From Myxococcota bacterium (lineage in GTDB: Bacteria > Myxococcota_A > UBA9160 > UBA4427), in contig OZ252299.1 in NCBI GenBank assembly GCA_965250285.1, forward strand, positions 3,072,001-3,136,000: a stretch of 64,000 bases of DNA, given 5' to 3'. Shown one piece after another: positions 20,423 to 29,984 of this stretch (position 1 is its first letter; each line of letters opens with the position of its first letter). Both the position numbers and the translations under genes were made by a program. The notes beneath the pieces were generated by a model. That model saw only the letters and a list, made by a program, of their open reading frames with translations. It did not search any database and was not told the origin of the DNA.

Positions 20423-21493
20423 TCATGCCTCGGCGAACTCGATGTCGCCCGTCTCGCCGTCTTCCATGCGCTCGAGCACCGAGAGGTCGTCCCACACCGG
20501 GATCCCCGCATCGGCGAAGAGCGCACGGGTGCGATCGGTGACGGCGCCGACGCGGACGAGCGCGGGCATCATCAGATCCTTGAAAGAGTGGATCTGGCCG
20601 GGCGGCCGCTCCATGCGAATGCCCGCCTGACCCGCCTCGATCACGCTCTTGATGAAATCCCCCGGCTCGATGCCGACGGTCTCGAGCATCTTGACGAAGC
20701 CAGGGTCGTTCTTGCGCGGTCCGCGACCATCCACGCCGCCCGTCGCGTCGGCCATCATCTTGACGACGTCGAACGCGAACTGGGCGATGTCTTCGCGATC
20801 GTCTGCGTGCATGTCTTCGATCGTCTCGCGGGTGTAGAGATTGCCGAACGCCACGTGGCGAGACTCGTCCCGCAGCACCAGCGACGTGAGCTCACGCAGC
20901 AGCTCGCACGTCGTCTGCTTGCGCATGTTGTGGAATGCCGCGAGCGCGAGCCCTTCGACGACCATGTTCATCCCGATCGCGATCTTCACCCAGTGGTCGG
21001 CCTTGAGCGTCGTATCGATCACTTCTTTCAGCCAGGGCGAGATCGGGTAGACGATCGCAAGCTTGTCGATGTACTTCTCGTAGACCTCGACGTGGCGCGC
21101 CTCATCCATCGTCTGAGTCGCCGCATAGAGCTTGCCCTCGTAGTCGGGCACGGCGTGGGTGAGCGCCGAAGCGGTCATCAGCGCTCCCTGCTCGCCGTGG
21201 AGAAACTGCGAGAGCAGGTGCGCGCTCGAGTGCGCCATGAAAGTCTCGCGCTGGGCGGGCGAGAGCTTCTGAATGATGCCCAGCTGGTTCATGCCGTTCT
21301 GGCTCGCATCGACGAGCGGCTTCGACGGATCGATCTCGAGTGACCAGTCGAGGTGCTGCTCGGCGTCCCACTGCAGCTTCTTCGACTTGCTGTAGAGGTT
21401 CTTCAGCTTCTGACTGTCGATCTCGTAGTCGAACTGCCAGCACACCTCCATGGGCGTCTTGAGGATGTCGGCGGTTTCCCAGTTGGTGCTCAT
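20423..21493 (-). CDS. Ferritin-like di-iron protein (AurF-like/di-iron oxygenase family)
   Basis: FLHGEQGAL, DEARH, EGLAL, DESRH ligand set; true start MSTNWE after AGGAG (the ORF-track 5' extension is the antisense shadow of polB). Confidence 0.85.
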   Translation of the reverse strand: MSTNWETADILKTPMEVCWQFDYEIDSQKLKNLYSKSKKLQWDAEQHLDWSLEIDPSKPLVDASQNGMNQLGIIQKLSPAQRETFMAHSSAHLLSQFLHGEQGALMTASALTHAVPDYEGKLYAATQTMDEARHVEVYEKYIDKLAIVYPISPWLKEVIDTTLKADHWVKIAIGMNMVVEGLALAAFHNMRKQTTCELLRELTSLVLRDESRHVAFGNLYTRETIEDMHADDREDIAQFAFDVVKMMADATGGVDGRGPRKNDPGFVKMLETVGIEPGDFIKSVIEAGQAGIRMERPPGQIHSFKDLMMPALVRVGAVTDRTRALFADAGIPVWDDLSVLERMEDGETGDIEFAEA

Positions 21494-21691
21494 CGTGGAC
21501 TCTCCTGATCTCGGCGTCTCGGATGCGCGGCGATGGGCCCGTGCGCCGGGTGCTCGGCCGCGCCGACCGAATCGACATTCTAACCCGGTTTCTCGCGCGA
21601 TTGCGGTCGCATCGCGACGCACCGCGGCGTCGGCGGCGGTGCAGCGCCTAGAATCGACGGCAACGGCGACGCGCGTCGCCCCGGAGTCCCG

Positions 21692-24055
21692 ATGCCCCGC
21701 GGCCTGATCCTCCAGCCTACCTATCGCATCAAGAGCGGCATCCCCGTCGTGCAGCTGTGGGGAAGGCTGGTCGACGGGCGCGCCTTCCTGATCGAGGACG
21801 ACCGCTTTCGGCCCTTCTTCTTCGTCGATCAGGGCGGCGCGGCCGCGATCCCGGCGACTTCGGACGCGATCGTCGAGCCCACGGCGCTGACGAGTCTGAC
21901 CGGCGAGCCCGTCGAGCGCGTGACCCTGAAGATCCCAGGCGAGGTGCCGCCGCTGCGCGATGCGCTTCGCAGCCAGGGCTACGGTGTGCACCAGGCCGAC
22001 GTGCGCTTCGCGTACCTCTATCTCATGGAGCACGACCTGCGCGCCGAGATCGAGGTCGAAGGCGAAGACCGCTCGCCGCAGGGCCCCTACGCCCACTTCG
22101 TGAATCCCGAGCTGCGTGCGACCACGCTCGCCCGCGGCGAGCCCGCGCTCTCGTGGCTCAGCCTCGACATCGAGACCACGCCCGATGCGAGTCGCGTGCT
22201 CTCGTTCGCCTACGTCACATCGAACGACGAAGAAGAAGTGCACATGGTGAGCAGCGAGCCCGTGCTCGGGGCCACGATTCACGACGACGAACCGGCGCTG
22301 CTCGCCGCGTTCGCGGCGCGCATGCGAGAAATCGACCCCGATCTGCTGCTCGGCTGGAACGTGGTCGACTTCGACCTGCGCGTCGTGTGCGAGCGCATGG
22401 ACGACCTCGAGTTCGATCTCGCCACCAAGAGTCTGGGTCGAAAGCCGGGGCGCACCGACTTCCCCACCGATGCTGCATTCACGCGTCAGGGGCGCGCCGG
22501 CGTGCCGGGTCGCATGGTGCTCGACGGCGCAGGTCTGGTGCGCGACGCACTGCGTCTGCCCGACTACCGGCTGGATACCGTCGCGCAGCACGTGCTCGAA
22601 CGCGGCAAGAAGATCGACCACGCCCGCGCGGCGACCGACAAGGCCGGCGAGATCCTCCGACTGTACTACGAAGACCCCGCAGCTTTCGTCGCCTACAACC
22701 TCGAAGATGCCCGCCTCGTGCCCGCCATCCTCGAGCGCGAGGGCCTGCTCGACCTGAACCGCGAGCGCAGCGCACTGACGGGCATGCAGCCCGATCGCGT
22801 CTCGGCGTCGATCGCTTGCTTCGACCTCGTCTACCTGCCCCAGCTGCGGCGCGTCGGTCACGTCGCGCCGAGCGTCTCGCAAGATCCACCCCGTTCGCAC
22901 ACGAAGGGCGGCGCCGTGCTCGACGCGGTGGCCGGGCTGGCTCGACACGTGGCGGTGTTCGACTTCAAGAGCCTCTACCCGAGCGTGATGCGCACCTTCC
23001 ACATCGACCCGCTGGCCCTGGCGCTCGGTCGGAGCGCACCCGACGAGAGCGTCATCGTGGCGCCCGGCGGCGCGCGCATCGTGCGCGAGACCGGCCCGCT
23101 GCCCGGCATCATCGAGCGCTTCATGTCGGGACGTGAGGCCGCGAAGGCCCGGGGCGATGCGCACGCAAGCCAGGCGATCAAGATCATGATGAACAGCATG
23201 TACGGCATCTTCGCGGCGCCGTCGTGCCGCTTCTACAGCCCCGACCTGGCCAACGCGATCACCGGCTTCGGCCAGCTCGTGCTCGGCTGGACCCGCGACG
23301 CCATCGAAGGCGAGGGCTTTCGCGTCCTCTACGGCGACACCGACTCGCTCTTCGTGCAGCTCGACGCCGAGGCCGACCCGGCGAAGCTCGAGCTAGAGGC
23401 CGACGCGCTGCGCGTTCGCGTCGCCGAGCTCGTCGATCGCCGCATCGAGGCCGAGTACGACGTGTCTTCGAAGCTCGAGCTCGAGCTGGAGAAGATCTTC
23501 GAGCGCTTCTTCCTGCCGCATGTGCGCGGCGGCGGCGCTGCGAGCAAGAAGCGCTACGCCGGTCGGCTCGTCGGCAGCGACGCCGTCGAGATTGCGGGGC
23601 TGGAGGCCGTGCGGCGCGACTGGCCGACCATCGCCGCCCGCCTGCAGCGCGGTCTCCTCGAGCGACTCTTCGCCGATCAACCCGAACAGCTGATCCCGTA
23701 CGCGCGCGAGATCGTCGACGGGCTGCGTGAGGGCGCGCTCGACGATGAGCTCGTGTACGTGAAGCGCGTGCGCAAGGGCAGCCTCGACCGCTACACGTCG
23801 AGCTCACCGCCCCACGTGCAGGCAGCGCGCAAGATCGAAGAACGTGCGGGTCGCTTCGAGGGCCCGGTCGTTCGCTACGTGATCACGCAGACCGGCCCCG
23901 AGCCGATCCTTCCCGGAGAAGCGACGCCCGCGGGCATCGATCACCGTCACTATCTCGAACGCGTCCTCCGACCGGTCGGAGACGCGATCCTCGAGGCCTT
24001 CGGCGACTCGTTCGACGACGTGCTCGGCGAGCCGCGCCAGATGGGTCTCTTCTGA
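21692..24055 (+). CDS. polB: DNA polymerase II (family B)
   Basis: Exo DIET/GWN..FD/YNLED; polymerase DFKSLYPS, KIMMNSMYG, YGDTDS; C-terminal clamp motif QMGLF. Confidence 0.93.
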   Translation: MPRGLILQPTYRIKSGIPVVQLWGRLVDGRAFLIEDDRFRPFFFVDQGGAAAIPATSDAIVEPTALTSLTGEPVERVTLKIPGEVPPLRDALRSQGYGVHQADVRFAYLYLMEHDLRAEIEVEGEDRSPQGPYAHFVNPELRATTLARGEPALSWLSLDIETTPDASRVLSFAYVTSNDEEEVHMVSSEPVLGATIHDDEPALLAAFAARMREIDPDLLLGWNVVDFDLRVVCERMDDLEFDLATKSLGRKPGRTDFPTDAAFTRQGRAGVPGRMVLDGAGLVRDALRLPDYRLDTVAQHVLERGKKIDHARAATDKAGEILRLYYEDPAAFVAYNLEDARLVPAILEREGLLDLNRERSALTGMQPDRVSASIACFDLVYLPQLRRVGHVAPSVSQDPPRSHTKGGAVLDAVAGLARHVAVFDFKSLYPSVMRTFHIDPLALALGRSAPDESVIVAPGGARIVRETGPLPGIIERFMSGREAAKARGDAHASQAIKIMMNSMYGIFAAPSCRFYSPDLANAITGFGQLVLGWTRDAIEGEGFRVLYGDTDSLFVQLDAEADPAKLELEADALRVRVAELVDRRIEAEYDVSSKLELELEKIFERFFLPHVRGGGAASKKRYAGRLVGSDAVEIAGLEAVRRDWPTIAARLQRGLLERLFADQPEQLIPYAREIVDGLREGALDDELVYVKRVRKGSLDRYTSSSPPHVQAARKIEERAGRFEGPVVRYVITQTGPEPILPGEATPAGIDHRHYLERVLRPVGDAILEAFGDSFDDVLGEPRQMGLF

Positions 24056-24150
24056 CCGGGTTGAGCGGGGCACGACCGGGCCAGTAGAGTAGCGACAGCC
24101 ACAGCAACCGACGCGGCGCGCGTCGCCGCGCATGTTAAGGGAGCCAGGCC

Positions 24151-25881
24151 ATGCTCGATCTCCTGATTCAGGGTGGGACCCTCATCGACGGCACCGGTGC
24201 CGCGCGTCGCAGCGGCGACGTCGGCATTCGCGACGGGCGCATCGTCGCGGTGGGCGACGTGCAAGAAGAGTCGGCGCAGACCATCGATGCCACGGGCCTG
24301 ATCGTCGCGCCGGGCTTCATCGATTCACACACCCACTTCGACGCACAGGTCTTCTGGGACGGTGCGGTCACACCCTCGCCCCAGCACGGTGTCACGACGA
24401 TCGTCGGCGGCAACTGCGGCTTCAGCGTCGCACCGCTGAGCGACGAGTCGGGGCCCTACTTGATGCGGATGCTGGCCCGCGTCGAGGGGATCCCGGTCGA
24501 GGCCCTCGAAGAAGGCGTGCCGTGGGACTGGCGGAGCTTTGCCGACTACCTCGGCGCACTCGAGGGAAGGCTCGCGGTCAACGCCGCGTTCATGGTCGGT
24601 CACTCGGCGATCCGCCGCGCCGTCATGGGGCCGGCCGCGATCGAACGCGAAGCCACCGACGAAGAGATCCAGCAGATGAAGGCGCTGCTCGCCGAATCGC
24701 TCGAGGCCGGCGGCCTCGGCTTCTCTTCGACGCTGGCGCCGACGCACAACGACGACGCCGGCATTCCGGTGCCTTCGCGCTGGGCGACGCACGACGAGAT
24801 CGTCGATCTCTGCCGCACGGTGCGCGACCACGAGGGCACCACGCTCGAGTTCATTCCGGGCGTCGGGGTCTTCACCGACGAGCAGGTCGACCTCATGGCC
24901 GACATGTCGCTCGCCGCGAACCGCCCGCTCAACTGGAACGTGCTCGTCGTGCAGTCTTTCACCGAGCCGGTCTGGCGTGCTCAGCTCGAAGCCAGCGACC
25001 GGGCCGCCGCCCGCGGCGCGAAGGTCATCGCGCTCACGCCGTCGCAGGTGATGGCGCTGCGCCTCAACTTCCGCAGCGGGTTCATCCTCGACACGCTGCC
25101 GGGCTGGCCCGAGGTCATCGCCCTCCCCCTCGAAGAGAAGATGAAGGTGCTGGCCGATCCGGCGAAGCGCGCCGAGCTCGACGCCCGAGCGAACAGCGAC
25201 GAAGCGGGGGTGATGCGCGCGCTCGCGGTCTGGGAGAACGCGACGGTCACCGAGACCTTCACCGAGGCCAACGCGAAGCATCAGGGTCGCAAGATCGGCG
25301 AGATCGCCGAGGAGCTCGGCAAGACGCCCTTCGACACGCTGGTCGACATCGCGCTCTCCGAAGACCTGCGCACGACATTCTCGCCCTTCATCCCGGGCGA
25401 CGACGACGCCAGCTGGAAGATGCGGTCGGAGGCCTGGCTCGACGACCGCACGATCGTCGGCGCATCGGACGCAGGTGCGCACCTCGACATGATCAACACG
25501 TTCATGTGCACGACGTCACTGCTCGGTCCGGCCGTGCGCGAGAAGGAGCTGCTCACCCTCGAGCAGGCGATTGAACAGCTGACGCGCGTGCCCGCAGCGC
25601 ACTACGGCCTGAAGGATCGCGGCGTTCTCGCCGAAGGCACGCACGCCGACGTCACGATCTTCGACCCGGATACGGTCGGCCCGCAGGAGATGCGCACCGA
25701 AGCCGACCTGCCGTCCGGCGCCGAGCGGCTCTACGCTGAAGCCACCGGCATGGCGCACGTGATCGTGGGCGGCGTCGAGATCCTCCGCGATGGCAAGCTG
25801 ACGGGCGCGACGCCCGGCCACGTCCTGCGCTCGGGTCGCGACACCGACACGGTGGAGGTGCCGGGGGGCGCGGCGGCCTAG
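24151..25881 (+). CDS. N-acyl-D-amino-acid deacylase family amidohydrolase
   Basis: PGFIDSHTHFD, GNCGFS, SDAGAH. Confidence 0.88.
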   Translation: MLDLLIQGGTLIDGTGAARRSGDVGIRDGRIVAVGDVQEESAQTIDATGLIVAPGFIDSHTHFDAQVFWDGAVTPSPQHGVTTIVGGNCGFSVAPLSDESGPYLMRMLARVEGIPVEALEEGVPWDWRSFADYLGALEGRLAVNAAFMVGHSAIRRAVMGPAAIEREATDEEIQQMKALLAESLEAGGLGFSSTLAPTHNDDAGIPVPSRWATHDEIVDLCRTVRDHEGTTLEFIPGVGVFTDEQVDLMADMSLAANRPLNWNVLVVQSFTEPVWRAQLEASDRAAARGAKVIALTPSQVMALRLNFRSGFILDTLPGWPEVIALPLEEKMKVLADPAKRAELDARANSDEAGVMRALAVWENATVTETFTEANAKHQGRKIGEIAEELGKTPFDTLVDIALSEDLRTTFSPFIPGDDDASWKMRSEAWLDDRTIVGASDAGAHLDMINTFMCTTSLLGPAVREKELLTLEQAIEQLTRVPAAHYGLKDRGVLAEGTHADVTIFDPDTVGPQEMRTEADLPSGAERLYAEATGMAHVIVGGVEILRDGKLTGATPGHVLRSGRDTDTVEVPGGAAA

Positions 25882-26046
25882 GCAACCCCTGCCCGGTCCG
25901 CCGTGCCAGTGCCAGGACCGGGGCAGGCGGGGGCACCGTGCTCAGACATTCTCGGCGCGATCGAACGATGAAGCTCGTATGCTGCGCCCGTCGCGCCTGC
26001 GAACTGCGCGCGGCACCCCCGCCTGCCCCGGCCCTGGCGCGGCGGC

Positions 26047-27069
26047 CTAGCCGGCCTGCAGCTCGGCGATCACGCGACGCGCGGCGGCATCGTCGGTCGC
26101 GTCGTCGGGCACCGGGAACGTGATCCGCGTGGCGATGCCTTCGTAATCGGCGAGGAGCATCGCGGCGATCTCGCCGTACGGAGCCGAAGGCACGAATGCG
26201 TCGAGCATCTCGTCGGTGACGAGACCGCGCATTCCGTCCCAGTCGCCCTCACGGGTCTTGGCGTGCAGCGCTTCGCCGACCTCGCGAAAGCCGAAGAGGT
26301 CGAGGGATGGCCAGTACGACGGCGTCGAGTAGAGGAACGTGAGCAGCTCGCGGGCCCATTCGCGCTTCGCGGCGACGGCGGCCGCGTCGACACCGGTCGC
26401 GACGAAGCCGGCGGCCATGAGTCGGCAGTCGCCGGGCGCCCGCCCCGAGGTCGCGGCGCCTTCGGCGACCTTCGGCACGACCACCTCACGCAGATAGCGC
26501 GCCGAGCTGTTGGTCGGATGCGTCATCAATCCATCGGCGACCTCACCCGCCAACGCGGTCATGCGCGGCCCGACCCCGCCCATGAGCAGCGCCGGAGCAC
26601 CGCCCTCGACCGGCCCGGGGTTGAAGAAGGGCTGCATCCGCGTGAACCGGTACTGCTCGCCCTCGAACGAGAGCTTCGCGCCGCTCTGCCAGCAGTCGAA
26701 GATCGCGCGCAACGCGAGCACGTACTCGCGCATGCGCGGGATCGGTGAAGTCCAGGGCGTCGAGTAGCGACCGACGATGTTGCCGCGCACCTGCGAACCC
26801 ATGCCGAGCTCGAACCGACCGCGTGAGAGATCTTGCAGATCCCATGCGGCGTGGGCGACGACCATGGGGCTGCGCGGAAAGACCACGAGCACGCTCGTCG
26901 TGACCTTGATGCGCTCGGTGGCCGCGAGTGCGGCCTGCGCGACGAGCAGGCCATCGTGCACGGCGTCGGGTACGAAGAGGCCGTCGTAGCCGAGCGCTTC
27001 GACGCGCTGCGCGTGGGCGGCGACCTCGGCCACGCGCATGCGTTCGCTCATCGTCGCGAACACTTCCAT
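26047..27069 (-). CDS. LLM-class F420-dependent oxidoreductase (TIGR03617-like)
   Basis: FPRSPM..AWDLQ..GRFELGMGSQVR, FTRMQPFFNPGP, FLYSTPSY; AGGAGG RBS before ATG 27069. Confidence 0.85.
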   Translation of the reverse strand: MEVFATMSERMRVAEVAAHAQRVEALGYDGLFVPDAVHDGLLVAQAALAATERIKVTTSVLVVFPRSPMVVAHAAWDLQDLSRGRFELGMGSQVRGNIVGRYSTPWTSPIPRMREYVLALRAIFDCWQSGAKLSFEGEQYRFTRMQPFFNPGPVEGGAPALLMGGVGPRMTALAGEVADGLMTHPTNSSARYLREVVVPKVAEGAATSGRAPGDCRLMAAGFVATGVDAAAVAAKREWARELLTFLYSTPSYWPSLDLFGFREVGEALHAKTREGDWDGMRGLVTDEMLDAFVPSAPYGEIAAMLLADYEGIATRITFPVPDDATDDAAARRVIAELQAG

Positions 27070-27142
27070 CGATCCCTCCTGCCTGTTCGTTGCGTGTCGA
27101 TCCGAGCATAGATCGCAGCGTGGGCGCACCGCGAAGGACGAA

Positions 27143-27169
27143 GACTTATTCAGTGAGACTGATGAAGTC
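27143..27169. promoter_or_regulatory. Symmetric operator-like site GACTT-N2-TCAGT-N3-ACTGA-N2-AAGTC
   Basis: 27-bp dyad in the AT-richer divergent intergenic region. Confidence 0.5.
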
Positions 27170-27254
27170 GCGAATGCGACGGCCCAGGGCGCCACGACGC
27201 GGGGTCATGGGCTCGATCGCATCATGTGTATAGATCTGAATGCCTCACCGGGGA

Positions 27255-27268
27255 TAGAACACGTTTCA
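27255..27268. promoter_or_regulatory. KstR-type operator match TAGAACACGTTTCA
   Basis: Exact fit to TnnAACnnGTTnnA about 110 bp upstream of a FadE29/FadE26-like gene. Confidence 0.5.
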
Positions 27269-27375
27269 AGACTCGCCATTCGCCGGTATCATCCGATGAC
27301 CGCGCATGCCTCGCGCGCGCACGTTCGTCAGCCGAAGTCGCCCTCCTGAAACAAGCACAACCCAGAGGAACTCCA

Positions 27376-28557
27376 ATGCACGTCGACCTCTCTCCCGACC
27401 AGCAGGCACTCAAGCAGAAGCTGCGCAAGTACTTCGATGGGCTGATGACGCCCGAGCTGCGGGGCAAGCTGGGCCCGATGAGCCTCGAGGGTGGCACCGC
27501 CTACCGCGAGACGATCAAGCAGATGGGCCGCGACGGCTGGCTCGGTGTGGGCTGGCCGAAGGAGTATGGAGGCGGCGGCCTCACTGCGATCGAGCAGCTC
27601 ATCTTCTTCGACGAACTGCGTCGTGCGGGCGCCCCACTGCCCTTCGTCACGCTCAACACGGTCGGCCCCGCGCTGATGGAGCATGGCTCCGAAGAGCACA
27701 AGGCCGAGTTCCTGACCAAGATCCTCGCGGGCGAGGTGCACTTCGCGATTGGCTACACCGAACCCGAAGCGGGCACCGACCTCGCGTCGCTCAAGACGTC
27801 GGCCGTCAAGGACGGCGACGAGTGGGTCATCAACGGGACGAAGATCTACACCAGCGGCGCGAACGATGCCGACTACATCTGGCTCGCGGCGCGCACCGAT
27901 GCGGACGCCCCGAAGCACAAGGGCATCACGATCTTCATCGTTCCGACGAACGACCCCGGCTTCAGCCACTCGCTGATCCACACGGTGGGCGGCGGAGCGA
28001 CGTGCATGACGTACTACGAGAACATTCGCGTCCCGAACACGGCGATCGTCGGCGGCCTGAACAACGGCTGGCGGCTCATCACGACGCAGCTGAATCACGA
28101 GCGCGTCGGGCTCGCCGCATTCGGTGCGATCGGCTTCAAGCATCTCGAGAACGTCGATCAGTACTGCCGAGAGACGAAGGATGCCCAGGGCGCCGCGCTG
28201 ATCGACAAGCCGCGCGTCCAGGCCGCGCTCGCCGAGTGCTATGCGCGACTTCAGGCGATGAACGTCATGAACTACCGCATGGCGTGGGCGTGGGAGCAGG
28301 GGCACATGGATCCGGCCCACGCGTCGGCGGTGAAGGTCTACAGCACCGAAACGGTGATCCAGGTCTACCGCCGCCTCGGCGAGTGCCTCGGAGCAGCGGG
28401 CTCGCTGCGCAAGGGCTCACCGGGTGCTGCCCTCGCAGGCGACATCAGCCAGGAAGCCCGGGCCAGCCAGATCAACACCTTCGGTGGCGGTGTCAACGAG
28501 ATCCAGCGCGAGATCATCTCGATGGCCGGCCTGCGCATGCCGCGGGTCCCGCGCTAG
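27376..28557 (+). CDS. Acyl-CoA dehydrogenase, FadE29/FadE26 (ChsE2/ChsE4)-like steroid side-chain type
   Basis: MGRDGWLGVGWPKEYGG, AIGYTEPEAGTDLASL, GWRLITTQLNHER, TFGGGVNE..PRVPR resemble mycobacterial FadE29/26 as recalled. Confidence 0.88.
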   Translation: MHVDLSPDQQALKQKLRKYFDGLMTPELRGKLGPMSLEGGTAYRETIKQMGRDGWLGVGWPKEYGGGGLTAIEQLIFFDELRRAGAPLPFVTLNTVGPALMEHGSEEHKAEFLTKILAGEVHFAIGYTEPEAGTDLASLKTSAVKDGDEWVINGTKIYTSGANDADYIWLAARTDADAPKHKGITIFIVPTNDPGFSHSLIHTVGGGATCMTYYENIRVPNTAIVGGLNNGWRLITTQLNHERVGLAAFGAIGFKHLENVDQYCRETKDAQGAALIDKPRVQAALAECYARLQAMNVMNYRMAWAWEQGHMDPAHASAVKVYSTETVIQVYRRLGECLGAAGSLRKGSPGAALAGDISQEARASQINTFGGGVNEIQREIISMAGLRMPRVPR

Positions 28558-28657
28558 TCGGCTCGACCGACCCGGCGCGCCCGACAAACCGAGAGACGAC
28601 AGCCTCATCTAGAGACGAAGCGCTCGGACGAAACCCGAGCGGAAGAGAGACCGAGAC

Positions 28658-29794
28658 GTGGACTTTTCGTTCAGCGAAGAACAGGACGCCGTCAAGGAGC
28701 TGGCAAGCCAGATCCTCGAGGACGCGTGTCAGCACGAGCACCTCATGGCCCTCGAGAACGACGCCGAGGGCGACGGCATCGACGGCGATCTCTGGAAGGC
28801 GCTCGGCGATGCCAATCTGCTGGGCGTGGCGCTGCCCGAGAAGGATGGCGGCAGCGAGCTGGGGCTGCAGGCCCTGCTGCTGCTGCTCGAAGAGGCGGGA
28901 CGCACGACCGCTCCGATCCCGCTCTACGCGAGCATCGTCTGCTCGGCGTTGCCCATCGCGCAGTTCGGTAGTGACGCACTCAAGGCCCGGCTTCTCCCGG
29001 GCGTCGTGAGCGGCGAAGCCATGTTGACCGCCGCCCTCGACGAGGAGGGCATGCAAGAGCCGACTCAGCCCTCGACCACCGCCCGGGCCGACGGGGACGC
29101 CTGGGTGATCGATGGCGTGAAGACCTGCGTACCGGCGGTGTCGCGCGCGTCGGCGATGCTCGTGCCGGCCCGAACCGAGAACGGCGACGTCGGCGTCTTC
29201 GTCGTCGACCCGAAGGCAGACGGCGTCACGATCGAGATCGGCCGCAACAACCACCACGAGCGCGTCGGCCTCGTGACACTCGAAGGCGTTCGCGTCGGGG
29301 CCGACGACGTGCTCGGGACGCCCGCCGAAGGCGAAGAGATCATCGGCTGGATCGCCGAGCGCGCCCAGGCGGCTCTGTGCGCGATCCAGGTCGGCATCTG
29401 CGAAGAGGCGCTGCGCCAGACGGCCGCGTACACGACGACGCGCAAGCAGTTCGGCCGTGAGATCGGCGCCTACCAGGGCGTTTCGCTGCGAGCGGCCGAC
29501 GGCTACATCGACATCGAGTGCATGCGCTCGACGCTGTGGCTGGCGGGCTGGCGACTCGAGCAGGGGCTCGACGCGCGCAAAGAAGTCGCCGCAGCCAAGT
29601 GGTGGGCGTGCGAAGGCGGCAGCCGCGTCGTGCACTCGGCGCAGCATCTGCACGGCGGCACCGGGGCCGACATCGAGTACCCCGTGCACCGCTTCTTTCT
29701 CTGGCAGCGCTCGGTCGAGATGGAGCTCGGCGCCGCCAGCGTCCAGCTCGAGCGACTCGGCGGCCTGATGGCGGTGGAGCCCCAGCGCTTCTGA
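28658..29794 (+). CDS. Acyl-CoA dehydrogenase partner subunit, FadE27/FadE28-like
   Basis: RKQFGREIGAYQGV, AKWWA, QHLHGGTGADIEYPVHRFFL. Confidence 0.88.
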   Translation: MDFSFSEEQDAVKELASQILEDACQHEHLMALENDAEGDGIDGDLWKALGDANLLGVALPEKDGGSELGLQALLLLLEEAGRTTAPIPLYASIVCSALPIAQFGSDALKARLLPGVVSGEAMLTAALDEEGMQEPTQPSTTARADGDAWVIDGVKTCVPAVSRASAMLVPARTENGDVGVFVVDPKADGVTIEIGRNNHHERVGLVTLEGVRVGADDVLGTPAEGEEIIGWIAERAQAALCAIQVGICEEALRQTAAYTTTRKQFGREIGAYQGVSLRAADGYIDIECMRSTLWLAGWRLEQGLDARKEVAAAKWWACEGGSRVVHSAQHLHGGTGADIEYPVHRFFLWQRSVEMELGAASVQLERLGGLMAVEPQRF

Positions 29795-29818
29795 ATGCAG
29801 CCTGACGTCGATCCATGC

Positions 29819-29849
29819 CGAGCCGGCTCGACCCAGTCGAGCCGGCTCG
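29819..29849. terminator. 14-bp perfect hairpin after the ACAD pair (terminator or stabiliser)
   Basis: CGAGCCGGCTCGAC-CCA-GTCGAGCCGGCTCG; no clean U-tract. Confidence 0.5.
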
Positions 29850-29984
29850 CGCGCGTTTAGGGGGTGCTCGCGGCGCCGCGCCCGTCGCTCGACTTGCGCT
29901 CGGCGGACCCTGGGCGAGACTCCGCGCGAACGCACCGCGCGGGGCCCACGGGCCCGAGCGCGGCCGCAGAGCGCCGGGGGGCGT

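Noticed and set aside
21494..23164. Apparent 913-aa ferritin-like fusion protein
   Set aside because: The 5' 556 codons are antisense to polB; the real start with RBS is at 21493.
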